From a virus (lineage: Duplodnaviria; Caudoviricetes): DNA of 64,000 nucleotides. Under the pieces are notes generated by a model. The model saw nothing but the letters and a program-made list of their open reading frames with translations, was not told the origin of the DNA and did not search any database. This document shows, piece by piece, positions 1 through 11,400 of this stretch. The stretch spans positions 64,001 through 128,000 of the IMG/VR virus record IMGVR_UViG_3300035497_000279, one strand, 5' to 3'. Both the position numbers and the translations under genes were made by a program. Within the stretch, counting starts at the first letter, position 1; each line of letters begins with the position of its first letter.

Positions 1-1
1 T

Positions 2-508
2 GTCTTTAAGAAGATCAGTAAATTAAATGCTCTTACAAATGCTAATAATTTTTTTAATATTGCTTCTGTTATTTCTACAGTAGAAATAACAAGTATTTTA
101 CCTACAGTATCAAGATGGAAAAACAATGATGCTCCATCAAATACTAGAGTATTTGGCTTAATGTATAAGAAGTCATCAGATGTCAATAATGTATATTACG
201 TTGAGCCTGTAATATGTGATGATATTGTTACCGCTTCAAGTATATTAAATACTAGAATTGAGGGGTATGATAATGTCATTAAAGAAAGCATATCTGTATT
301 CCAGATTGGAAGTATTATTGGTAGTGATGAGAATAAAGAATCCATAAAGGATAAGAGATTTTCCATTGCTATAAATGAACAGAAAGTACCTAGTATGCTT
401 ATAAAGGAAGGGTTAGATTCATTTAAAGAATTTAATAGAAAAGTTTATGTTGCTGAGTTATCAATATCCTATGTATCATCTAATGATGAAGGGAATGATA
501 ATGAATGA
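2..508 (+). CDS. hypothetical protein, 5'-truncated by window edge
   Basis: The frame of ORF 161..508 is open without stops back to position 2, so the gene starts upstream of the window. Confidence 0.7.
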   Translation, partial: VFKKISKLNALTNANNFFNIASVISTVEITSILPTVSRWKNNDAPSNTRVFGLMYKKSSDVNNVYYVEPVICDDIVTASSILNTRIEGYDNVIKESISVFQIGSIIGSDENKESIKDKRFSIAINEQKVPSMLIKEGLDSFKEFNRKVYVAELSISYVSSNDEGNDNE

Positions 509-915
509 TTAGAAGGAAAAATAAAACGAGTTTAGAAAATGTTTTAATGAGTCTTACTCTTATAGGTATAGAAATAGTATCATTTAGGGAAGTAGGCACA
601 CACCCAAATAAAAACCTTGTCATAAAGTTTACAATACCAGAAAAAGTTGTTGTTGATAAGAAGTACATAAAAAAGGTTGCAGGAATTGATATAGGCTTTA
701 GTGAAATATCTCAGGAAGAGCTTATAAATTATGTAAAGAAATACATAGTTTCTATAGTAAATGCTGATAAGGGATCAAGCTTACCAGAAGAACAAATTCT
801 TAAGCATTGTAAATTCTTATGTAAAGTAAGGAATGGAGATATCTGGGATGCAGAAAAAACTATGTCAAAGTATAAAGAAATTCAATCTAAAAATCCTAAT
901 AATATGGAGGAATGA
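505..915 (+). CDS. hypothetical protein
   Basis: 136-aa ORF with ATGA overlap to the upstream gene; no recognisable motif. Confidence 0.7.
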   Translation: MIRRKNKTSLENVLMSLTLIGIEIVSFREVGTHPNKNLVIKFTIPEKVVVDKKYIKKVAGIDIGFSEISQEELINYVKKYIVSIVNADKGSSLPEEQILKHCKFLCKVRNGDIWDAEKTMSKYKEIQSKNPNNMEE

Positions 916-917
916 TT

Positions 918-1220
918 ATGTTGAATACAACTTCATATAAAGTAGATATGAGTAATGATTGCTTAAGAAATCTGGTTGAGCGTTTTAATTGGGATTATAA
1001 GAATGCTGATATGCGTATTATAGATTGTGCTATTTCAAAACTGGATAATAATAATGGGTCTGTATATAATGCTAATATAAAGGCTAATGCATACAAATCA
1101 TTCTATGCTAGTTATTATCCATTAGACTATTATGATACAGAGTCAGAAGCAATTAAAGAAGCATTTGAAAAACTTGTTGTAAGTATTAATACTGGATCAA
1201 GACATATAACGGCGTATTAA
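918..1220 (+). CDS. hypothetical protein
   Basis: ORF with GGAGG ribosome-binding site ahead of ATG 918. Confidence 0.7.
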   Translation: MLNTTSYKVDMSNDCLRNLVERFNWDYKNADMRIIDCAISKLDNNNGSVYNANIKANAYKSFYASYYPLDYYDTESEAIKEAFEKLVVSINTGSRHITAY

Positions 1221-1248
1221 ATAAATAAAAATATTGGAGGGATATAAA

Positions 1249-1509
1249 ATGGATGAAATGATTGATAAGAAGTCTTGGGAAGAGTTTAGAGATTCAGGAT
1301 TATTATGGTTTGTTAATTCTATCCTACAGGTATTTGGGTGGAGTATCATTACAGAATATGATAAAGACACTAAGCATATAAGTTCAGTTTATCCTGCTAG
1401 AACAAAGTTTAGAGGATTTGATAATAAGACTAACGATATAGGCTATGTTAAGGTTAGTGAGTATATGAAAGAGAATGCTGACACTCTTTTACAGGAAGCA
1501 AAAGAGTAA
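1249..1509 (+). CDS. small phage hypothetical protein (W-E-E-F-R-x-x-G-L-L-W motif)
   Basis: GGAGGG ribosome-binding site before ATG 1249; the motif resembles a common small phage protein family (recalled, not searched). Confidence 0.7.
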   Translation: MDEMIDKKSWEEFRDSGLLWFVNSILQVFGWSIITEYDKDTKHISSVYPARTKFRGFDNKTNDIGYVKVSEYMKENADTLLQEAKE

Positions 1510-1567
1510 TCTATTATTATTTTTTATCAATACATTCACATTCTAGTATTGTTAGGGGGGTAATAAT

Positions 1568-1735
1568 ATGACTAAAACGCATGATAAGAAACAAGATTTT
1601 ATAGATAAACTTATGGTTATGACTGATACTGAACTTAATGATTATATTAAGCAGTATGGTAAGAAACCTAAACCATGTATTATGGTTAGAATAGTTGACA
1701 AAAGTAAGCATAAAATGGATGCTCAAGTTGTATAA
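1568..1735 (+). CDS. small hypothetical protein, 55 aa (MTKTHDKKQDFIDKLMVMTDTELNDYIKQYGKKPKPCIMVRIVDKSKHKMDAQVV), not in the ORF track
   Basis: Translated by hand; GGGGGGT ribosome-binding site upstream; fills the gap on the coding strand. Confidence 0.65.
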   Translation: MTKTHDKKQDFIDKLMVMTDTELNDYIKQYGKKPKPCIMVRIVDKSKHKMDAQVV

Positions 1736-1750
1736 ATATACAACTATGAT

Positions 1751-1764
1751 TACATATGAGTAAT
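1751..1764 (+). promoter_or_regulatory. late promoter motif TACA-TATGAG-TAAT
   Basis: NACA-N6-TAA upstream of 1817. Confidence 0.6.
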
Positions 1765-1816
1765 GTAGAATAGGTTTGGTAGCAAAAACTTAGATATGTT
1801 TAGGAGGTAAAATAAT

Positions 1817-2362
1817 ATGAGTGATGTAACTAGAGTAATGGATCTAGTAAAATCAATTGATCAGAATCGTACACAGGTTTCAGCATCCAATAAGGATGAA
1901 GTTGCTGTAATGAGAGCTATGCTTAACGATGATACTTATAAAGTAGACGTTTATGGAAAATCTGGAGTTGAAGGACAGTATTGCCCATATGAAGAGTCTA
2001 GAGCACTCGCTGCTAGTATTCTTAAGGGAGCAGCAAATATTACAAGTAATGAAGCAATTGAGCTTGCAAATAAGTATGAATTCGGTAAGCAGGATGCTAT
2101 TATTATGATTGGTATTTCTAAAGAATTTGTTAATACATATCTTGAGACTGGAAGAAAGTTACCGCTTGGAGGTAGAGCAACATCAGACATCTCAATTCAG
2201 AGAAAGATTAAAGAAGAGACTGTAAGTAGTTTCCCGGTTAAGACTGGAGTGAATGATGATGGATCTGATAAATATGAGCACACTCAGGGTAGAGTGATTC
2301 CGGCTCATGGAAGTCTCAAAGTAAGCTCACCATGTCCACCATGGGTTGGAGCTAATAAATAA
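1817..2362 (+). CDS. jumbo-phage hypothetical protein, probably late or structural
   Basis: AGGAGGT ribosome-binding site; late-promoter motif at 1751; strong hairpin downstream. Confidence 0.75.
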   Translation: MSDVTRVMDLVKSIDQNRTQVSASNKDEVAVMRAMLNDDTYKVDVYGKSGVEGQYCPYEESRALAASILKGAANITSNEAIELANKYEFGKQDAIIMIGISKEFVNTYLETGRKLPLGGRATSDISIQRKIKEETVSSFPVKTGVNDDGSDKYEHTQGRVIPAHGSLKVSSPCPPWVGANK

Positions 2363-2402
2363 GCCCATCACGTTTAATACTATACATGCCTTTATTTCTC
2401 TT

Positions 2403-2430
2403 TACTCCCATGGTTAACGCCATGGGAGTA
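2403..2430 (+). terminator. hairpin TACTCCCATGG-ttaacg-CCATGGGAGTA
   Basis: 11-bp perfect stem after gene 1817..2362. Confidence 0.7.
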
Positions 2431-2447
2431 TACGTTCTCATTTTTAA

Positions 2448-2461
2448 GACATCTTAGTAAT
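2448..2461 (+). promoter_or_regulatory. late promoter motif GACA-TCTTAG-TAAT
   Basis: Upstream of the tape-measure-like gene. Confidence 0.65.
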
Positions 2462-2491
2462 CTATAATATTACGTTAGGAGGTGAAACTTA

Positions 2492-5400
2492 ATGAAAGGT
2501 GTTAATAACTATTTGAAGAACGTCACTAAATCTATAGCATTTTCTGCCGCTGATGTTAGTAAAGAGGAATTTGCGCCTGAAATAGTTGAATTCGCCGAAG
2601 CCAATAAAGAGATATTCGTAGAAACTTATGCGATGCTCAAAAATCCTAAGGTAGCTATTAAGAAGTCTGTTCAAGCCATACAACAATCTAAAGTATATCA
2701 AGCTTTAGATTATGGTTCAAAGAATTTGTTTGAGGATTTACGTACTGGTAATTTCTACAACAAAGAACGTATGGAGAAAGACGAAACTAGACTAGCTGGA
2801 CTTAATGCCGAAAACTGGAATGATTTGTCAGAGTTTGGTGTAGACGATGACTGGGAGAAAAATCTTGGAAAAGATAAGAATGATAAGTCTAATGTAGTTA
2901 CTGCTGGGGATAAGGCTGTAGTTAGTGCTATAGAAGATACAACTAAAGCATCTAGCAGTGCTACAGTTAATGCTGTTATTGGTGGTGCTAATTCTATTAA
3001 TAAGAATAATAGAACCAATATGGCTATGCTGTATACTCAGAATGAGAAATTATTTGGAGGATTGCATCAAGATGTAACCGCTCTCGGTACTACTATTAAC
3101 TCTATGGCAAAAATGCAATCTACATCATTGCATAATATTGACGAAAATACTTCTAAATTCTTCACCGAATCATTAAAGCTTGATAACGAGCGCAATGCTA
3201 TCCTAAAAGAAATGCTGGAGATGCAGCGTAATATGTACAAGTCTGCTGCTGATAAAGAGAAAGAGCAAGCAGATAAAAGAAGAAGCAATAATAAATTTAG
3301 ATGGAGTGATATTTCAGCTAGTGGAATGCCTGATTTAAATAATTACTTTGAGTTAGTAAAGAAGAATGTAAAGAATCAGGTTTCTTCTTTAGGCATTGGT
3401 GGGTTATCTGAAGACTCTAATATGCTTGCATCATTCATGGTTAGTCCAATGAAGTATGTAACTGACTATGTTGTTAGTGGACTAATACCTGCAACTATTA
3501 AGGAAGCTACTAGGGAATTAAATGATAGTGTTGCCGGTATATTTGGCAACATTATTGGTCGTTTGGGAAATGCTAGAAGAGATAATGAGGGTGGAATACT
3601 AGGAGTACTATCTAAAATATTTGGTATTAATACTGGAGTAAATAGAAGTATTGATGTGTCTAAATATGAGAAGGGTCCTGTACCATTCGATGGTTTAACA
3701 CGTAAAGCTATTATTGACGTAATTCCTGCTCATTTGAGAAGGATAGAAGCAGCTTTAACAGGAAGACCAGAGCAAATGTTTAACTATGACTCTGGTAAAT
3801 GGGTTACTGTTAAAGATATAGAGAAAATGTATAAAGATATTAAGAAGAATGCCACTGCTCAAGGCACTGCTGAAATATCTAGAGTTGTTAAACCAGCATT
3901 TGATAGGGTTAAAGCATCTAATAAATACGATAATGATTCTCTTGATAAAGCATGGGAAGAGCTTACAGAATTCTTAATGGAGAATAATGGTATATTTAAC
4001 CCTAATGTATCATCTAGCAAGAATAATATTAACCCTGGAAAATATCCTAATCTGACTAATAGTAAAATCTATAAAATTGTTTGTACAATATGGAAGGAAT
4101 CTATTACTCATACTACTGAAACTGGAACAACTAGAAGTAATTATTCTAAATTACTTAATGTACCACAACAGGTATTAGCAGCAAAAGATGCTGAAGAGCG
4201 TAGATATAGAGAGATAGAAAGTTCTCAAACAAACGTAATTAAGCAATTAATGTCTGAGGGTGGTTTAAATAACTTTGATAAGCACGGTAAATGGAAAAAG
4301 AAGAATGGTAGAGATGATAGAGAAGAATTTAAAGTTTATAATAATCTTAATGATTATAAGGATGAATTTGGAAACTCTGTATTTAACTATCTTCAGAATA
4401 TCAATAAGGAACTTACCTTTGTTAGACTTAATGGTTTAACTACAATTACAACTTATTCTGGAACTATTAATGCTAAAATTAATGGTCATAATAACAAAGG
4501 CAAAGGGAAAAATAAAAATAAGAAATTACAAAATAGTCTTATTAATACCCCTATAAACCAGAATATAGATTTTAATAGTATAAGTATTGATAATCCTCAT
4601 TTATCTAGAGCATCATCTTTATTGAGTCATAACGATCCTATATCACAGAGATCATTAAATAGGGCTATAGAGAAAATTAATAAAGGTGAAGCTATCGATC
4701 TTAGAGATTTTGATGATGATGAGAATCAAGCTTTATTAGCTCTTACTGCATTAATAAGAGATGCAAATACTGATGAAGAAAATAAAAAGATTCGTGATGC
4801 TATCAATTCTAATGAAGTATCTGCATTTATTGATAAGAATTTCATTGGTACTAATACTACCACACTTAAACAGGTTAAAGAAGCTCAAAGGAAAGCTGAT
4901 AAAGAAGATTCTGATAATGACAAAGACGATAAGTATGATGATCTTCAAGAGAAGAATTTCATAGATAAGATTAAAGAAACTCTTAATAAATATGGTTCAG
5001 TAAGTAAAGCCATTAATGGAGCTGGAATTGAAGCCTTTAGAAATACATTATATGCTGCTGATAAAGCTATATATGAAATGATGTATAAAGCTGAATTAAA
5101 AGATGAAGATGAAGAAGGCAATGAAAATAAATATGAAGGTTTCATGGATATGATTGTTGGCAAAACTAAGGAAACTTTTAAAGGTTTAAAGAGTAGTATA
5201 GAAGAAAATATTATTAAACCTTTTAAAGAAAGACTTGGCATTGGTGATGATTTTAAAACTAATTTCTTTGATGCTCTTAAAGATTTAGCAGGTAAAGGAA
5301 CTAAGATGTTTCTTAATGCTAATAAAGAGGTTTACGGTGGCGTAGTAAAATATGGTAAAAGACAAATACAAAATCGTGAAGATAGAAAGCGAGCAGCAAA

Positions 5401-8400
5401 AACTAAAGAGCGTTTGTCTGGAATATACTATAGGAATGAAAATATAAATTCTGATACAGATTATATAGATTCTGATGGTAAATATATAAATTCTGATGAT
5501 GAATATGAGCTAGAACAGAGAGCTAGAAATCTTGGAATTTCAGAAAGAGATCTTCAGAAGTTAAGAGATCAATCTGTAACCGAAGATGGTCAATATTACC
5601 CACAAGTGTATGTATCTTTACTTAATCAATATTGTAAGAGTAACTCTAAGAAGTTTTCTAAAAAGATAACTCCTACTGATTATGATGAGCTTGCTAGTAA
5701 ATTTAGACGAGATAATCGTCTTGATGCTCTTGGAGCTGGTCAGATCTCTGTTACTAAAACTAAGAAAGATAAGAATGGTAATGTTATAGGAACTTACCAG
5801 AAAAGAACTGTTGATAGAGATGCCTCTGATAAACGAATGCTTGAATGGGGTCAAGATAATAATTATCTTCTTGAGAATGAAAAAGATATCGAGGATAACC
5901 TTATCAATAATGGTCTTGTAACTAAAGAAAAACTAGATACTATTAGAGATAATTCTTATAATTTCACATACAAATATGAAAAAGGTGAAGATGGTAAGAA
6001 AAGACGTAAAAAGATAAGAGGAGATTTTAATTACGACAGATATAGAGCTTCGTTAATGAAAATCTATGATAGAGATTTAAATAAGAATCATGCTAAAGGC
6101 ACTTTACCATTCATGGGTAAAAGTATGCTCTCTAAGGGAGAATTGCTTTTTAATTCTAAAGGCATGAGTTTAGTTAATAAGACTGATGCTTATAATATAA
6201 CTGAGCCTACACATATTCTTAATTCTGAAGATTCTCATGATTTATTAGAAGGTTTAGGAGTTAAAGGTATAGGACCAAAAGTTTCTATACAGCAGTCTCT
6301 TGGTAAAGAGAAGATTGCTGAGAAAAAACTATTTGGTAATAAGGGTGGAATTTCTCATAATGCTAGTGGTAGTGTAAAGATTACTGGAGGTACTGATATT
6401 ACATTAGATGATCTAATGGAAAATGCAAAGAAGTACTTACCAGAAACAGCTGCTGGAGGAACTATTGGTGGTATAGTAGGTTTATTATTCGGAGGACCAC
6501 TCTTAGGCGCTGGTATTGGTGCTGCTTCTTCACTCATTAACAGTAGTGAAACTCTTAAGAGTAAATTATTTGGTAAGATGGGTGAAAATGGTGAGCGTAA
6601 AAATAATGGTCTTATTTCTAAATCTATTCAAGATACTGTTAAGAAGTACTTGCCAGATGCTACTAAATATGGTTTGGCTGGAATTATTCCTGGATTATTA
6701 ACTCCTCTTGGACCTCTTGGTGGTCTTCTTATTGGTGGAGCTATTGGTATTCTTAAGAATAATGAAAATTTCACTAATAAATATTTCGGTGAGAAGGGTA
6801 AACTCACTATTAAATCTAAAGAGAAAGCTATAATTGAAAAGCTTGCTCCTGGAGCTATTAAGGGGGCTGGAATTGGAGCTATAGCTACACTATTCATTGG
6901 TGGGCCATTTGGTATTCTTGGTAATGCTGTTATTGGTAGTGCTCTTGGAATGATGACTACTACTGATGAATGGAAGAATATGATCTTAGGTACCGATATA
7001 AATGGTGTTCGTCAGGGTGGTTTAGTAGGTGCTCTTAAAGATGCTTTATCCCCAATAACTGATTCTTTCGTAAATCTTAAAGATAAATTAAATAAAGTTA
7101 TTGATGATAATATTGTAACCCCATTACAGAAGTTTTTAGTACCTGCCATTCATTCTATTCCTAGATTATTAGGATTAGTTCCTAAGAAGATAACAGAATT
7201 CTTAGATTCTAGATATGGTAGATCATTTAATAAGGTTCTTCAAACAGCATTAAAACCTGTAAACTTTATTGGTTCTAAAGCTATTGATTTTGCGGGTGGT
7301 GTTGCTGATGTAGCAACAAGACCATTTAAACTTCTTGGTAAAGCTGGAGATGCAATTAGAACTAGCGATATAACTCATAATAGAGCTGATTATATGACTG
7401 CTAGAGAAAGAATTAAGTTCTTGCAGGAACAGGAAAAGGATTATCTCGTTTCACCAATGGAGAAAGTACTTGCTAATATTGGTCTTGGAGGTGATAATCT
7501 ATCAGTTGAGGATGCTAAAAACCTTAGAGATAAGCTTAATATACTTAGCGATAATGAGAAAGATATAGATAAAGCGCAAAGAAGCTCTTTTAAGGATATA
7601 AGATCAAATCTTGAAAATTATAGAATGGGTAATGGAAAATCATTATCTAATAAAACTCTTAAAAAAGTAAATAAAGCATTAGAAACTAATGATGTTCCTC
7701 AGGTTGTTAAAATACTTGAAAATTCTGGTATGTCTAAAGAAGAGCTTAATTCTCTTATGTATGGAGATGTTGGTCTCAATGATAAATTAACTAAATTTAG
7801 CGATCTCAAAGAACGTAAAAGAAGATTAATTGATAATAAGGGCGATAAAGCAGGAATTACTGATGAAGCTAATAAAATGCTTGAGAAGCTTGGTATTAAG
7901 GATATTGACCTAAGTAAATCCGATGATGTACTAAAATTATCTAGTTTATTAAATACTGAGATTACTGATCGTGAAGCAAATCCTAAATCTTTAGAAGAAA
8001 AAGAGTTATCACTTAGCGAAGATAGAACTGAAAATGTTAAAATTTTGGTTGAAGATATTAATACTATTACTGATATCATGAAGGAAGGTATCAGTATAAA
8101 AGGTGATGACTTAGCAAAACTCTTTAAAGATAATGTAGAGCAACAAGTATCAGAAGCTATGGATGAAGCAAACGAGAATTTTGATAAGGTTGCTGGTAAA
8201 GAGGTTTCTAAATTTAAAGGTGAAGCATCTGATAGTTTAATAGATGAATTAAGCCGCCATAATACCAATTCAATTGCAGCAGCGGCTAAGACTGGATTGG
8301 ATCATCTTAATAACTCTAAGCAAGCAAAAACATTAACTGCTGAGCAAGCTTCTGTAGATCCAGATCAAGAAACAAGAAAAATAGCAGCAAAATTTATTAA

Positions 8401-11400
8401 AGATACTAAACTTATTATTGATGATGGAGTTATAGAATTATTAGCTTCAGAATCAGAACAGAATGATAAAACTTTAGAATCATTCTTTAAACAAGCATCT
8501 GAATATAGAGATGTATTTAATAACGAAATCAGCAAAGAAGATGCAGAATGGGTATTATCATTAATGCCTGTAGAAAGAGAAAATGTACTTAATAAGCTTA
8601 AATCACTTGATAAAGCCGGAATACAGGTAGAAAACATTAGAGAAGTATTAGAAACTAATACTATGGATTACGGAAATAGTAGTGCTGGAAATTTAACTAA
8701 GCACGCACTTAAAGTATTAGGTGGTGTTGGTACTGGAGCTGGTAAATTTTTATTTGATAAACTAAATCCTCTTTCTAAGGAAAGTGCATACAAGACTTTT
8801 AAAGGATGGCGCAATGATCGTAGATTAGATAAAAACTATGAAGAAGTTAAAAAAGAAGAAGAAGTTAAAAAAGAAGAAGAAGTTAAAGAAGAAAAAGAAG
8901 AGGATACTGGTGCTGAACCTGTAGCTGAGAATGGTTTAGGAACCATGCTTCTTAGAGGTGCAGGTAAACTTGCTAGTGGAGCATTTAAGGGTATTAAATC
9001 ATTACTTGGTGGAGGGAATAAAGAAAAAGATTCCGGTAATACTGAGAAAGCAGCAGCTGCAAATGCTGTAGAAAAAGCTATTGGTGAACCTCCTGAAGCC
9101 GCTCCTGCTCCTGTAGGAGATACAGATGATATTGATAAAAAGGGTGATGGTAGAAGTGTAGTACAAACATCCGCTGGACCGGTATACGCTAAGTTAGGTA
9201 CAGATGGAAGTATAGACTATGACACTACTGATTCAAAGACTAAAGAGGTTGTAAATAAACTTACTACAAAAGAAAAGATAACAGAAAAACTTCAGAAGGC
9301 ACAACAAGCAGCATCTGATTCCATCAATAAATTATTTAAAGAAGGTAAAGAAGAACAGAAAGGTACTAAATTATCTTTAATTGATTTAATATTTGGTGGA
9401 GCATTATTAGCAAAATCTGGAATCTTGACTAAATTATATGAAGGTGTTATTAAGCCTTTATGGGAAAATAAGCTCGAACCATGGATTAGCGATACAGTTA
9501 TACCATGGGTAACAGATGATTTAATCCCTGCAATTGTAGATGTTGGAGGCACTGTAGTAAATGGTATTGTATCTGCTCTTAAAGATGAAATTTTTAATAG
9601 TGGTGGGTTAGTAGCTCAGCTATTTAAAAATGTATTAGACCCAAATAGTGATGATGAAGAGAAAGATACAGAAATACCTCTTGATGATAAAGATCCTAAT
9701 CAGATGACTAAAATGTATGACGAAAACGGTAATTATTTGACTTATGGTCAAATAAAGAACGGAGAATACAAAAAGTTATACAGTGTTGATGGAGAGGAAA
9801 TCTACGTTGACGACAATAATAATATAATAAATAAGGCTGAAAACAATTACTATGGTAAGATAGCCAGTATCATTGGTAATGGTGCTGCTCATGCATTCGC
9901 TCAAGGCGGAGTTCCATTTATTAGTAAAGTATCAGAAGGATTAACAACCCTAAGTACAAAAGGTGGTATTGCTAGTAAAATCATAGGTGATACTGGAAGT
10001 GCTATATTAAAACCAGTTACAGCTGCTGGTAGTTTGGGTGATACTATTGCTAATTCATTAGCTGAGACTTCATTAGGAAGAACAACAGTTAAAAATGCAA
10101 GAGCCGCTGGTACTATAACTGAAGACGCTGCTACCCTAGGACAAAACTTATTAGGCAAAGTTAAAAATGCAGCATCTGGCACCAAGATTGGTCAGTGGTT
10201 ACAATCAGGTAAAGATCTTAATAAGGCTAAAAGCTTAGGTGGAATGTTTACAGAAGATGCTGGATTGAGTCAGAAAGTAGCTTCTAAAGTAGCAACAGCA
10301 ACAGAAGCGGTTAGTTCTAAACTTAGCAAAATAACTACAAAAGCTCATGGAGTTATTGATAATTTATTTACTAATAGTAGAGTAGTAAGTAAGCTTAAAT
10401 CTGTAGCTGAAGTGCTGCATATAGACGATGTAGTTTCATGGATATCTAAATTCAAAGATAAAGTAGTCAGTGTATTTGATGATGCTCTTGCTAAGGGTGT
10501 AGAAAAGGTTAGTTCTGAAACTGTAAAGAAAGTAGCTTCTAAATTAAACTTTATAGCAACAATAGCATTTATTGTTAAAGACTTTATAACTGGTTGTGAT
10601 CAAGCAGAATCAATTCTTGGAGTTACTGATACTACTATAGTTGAAGAATTGGTTGCTGGTATTGTAAATGCTTTATGTAATTTACTTATTATTCCTGCTA
10701 TATTCCCTGGAATTGCTACTATAGCTAGATCATTATTAGAATTCCTTGGTGATGATCTAGATGATCGTCAGAAAGAAGCTGATGAAGAATTAGAGCAGTA
10801 TAAACAGATAACTGGTAGTGATATAAGTAAAGAAGAATATCTTAAACAGAATTATTCTGTTACTGGAAAAATAGGTTCAAAAATTAAAAGTGTTACAAGC
10901 AAGGCAAAGGATGCTGTTGTAACCAAAGTTAAATCTGCTGTTACTACAGGAGTTAAAACTGTAGGAGATGGAGTACTTGGAGGTATTAGTACTGCTGTAA
11001 ATGCTCTTGGTAAACTTTTTGCTGTACCAGCAGCATTTGTATCTAAATGTATTAATTCTATTGGAGATACGTTCCAGAATTTAGTAAATGAAATTACTAC
11101 AGTTAAAATTGATAATAATACTGTAATTGAGCAAGCTAAAGCTGGAAATATATCAGTATTCTCATCAGATTATTGGTCAGTTGAATCAAATCACACTGGA
11201 TTTGGAGCTATTGGTAAAATATATGGTTGGTTGACTAGAGCTATGAATGCTCCAATAATTCTTTTATCTAATGTATTTTCTAGTGTTGCTGACTCATTCA
11301 GCAATATTAAAGATTGGTTAGGTGATAAATTTAGTGGGGTTAAAGATTTCTTTGAAGATCCTTTATCATTTATATATAAGAAAGTTACTGGTAAGGGTAC

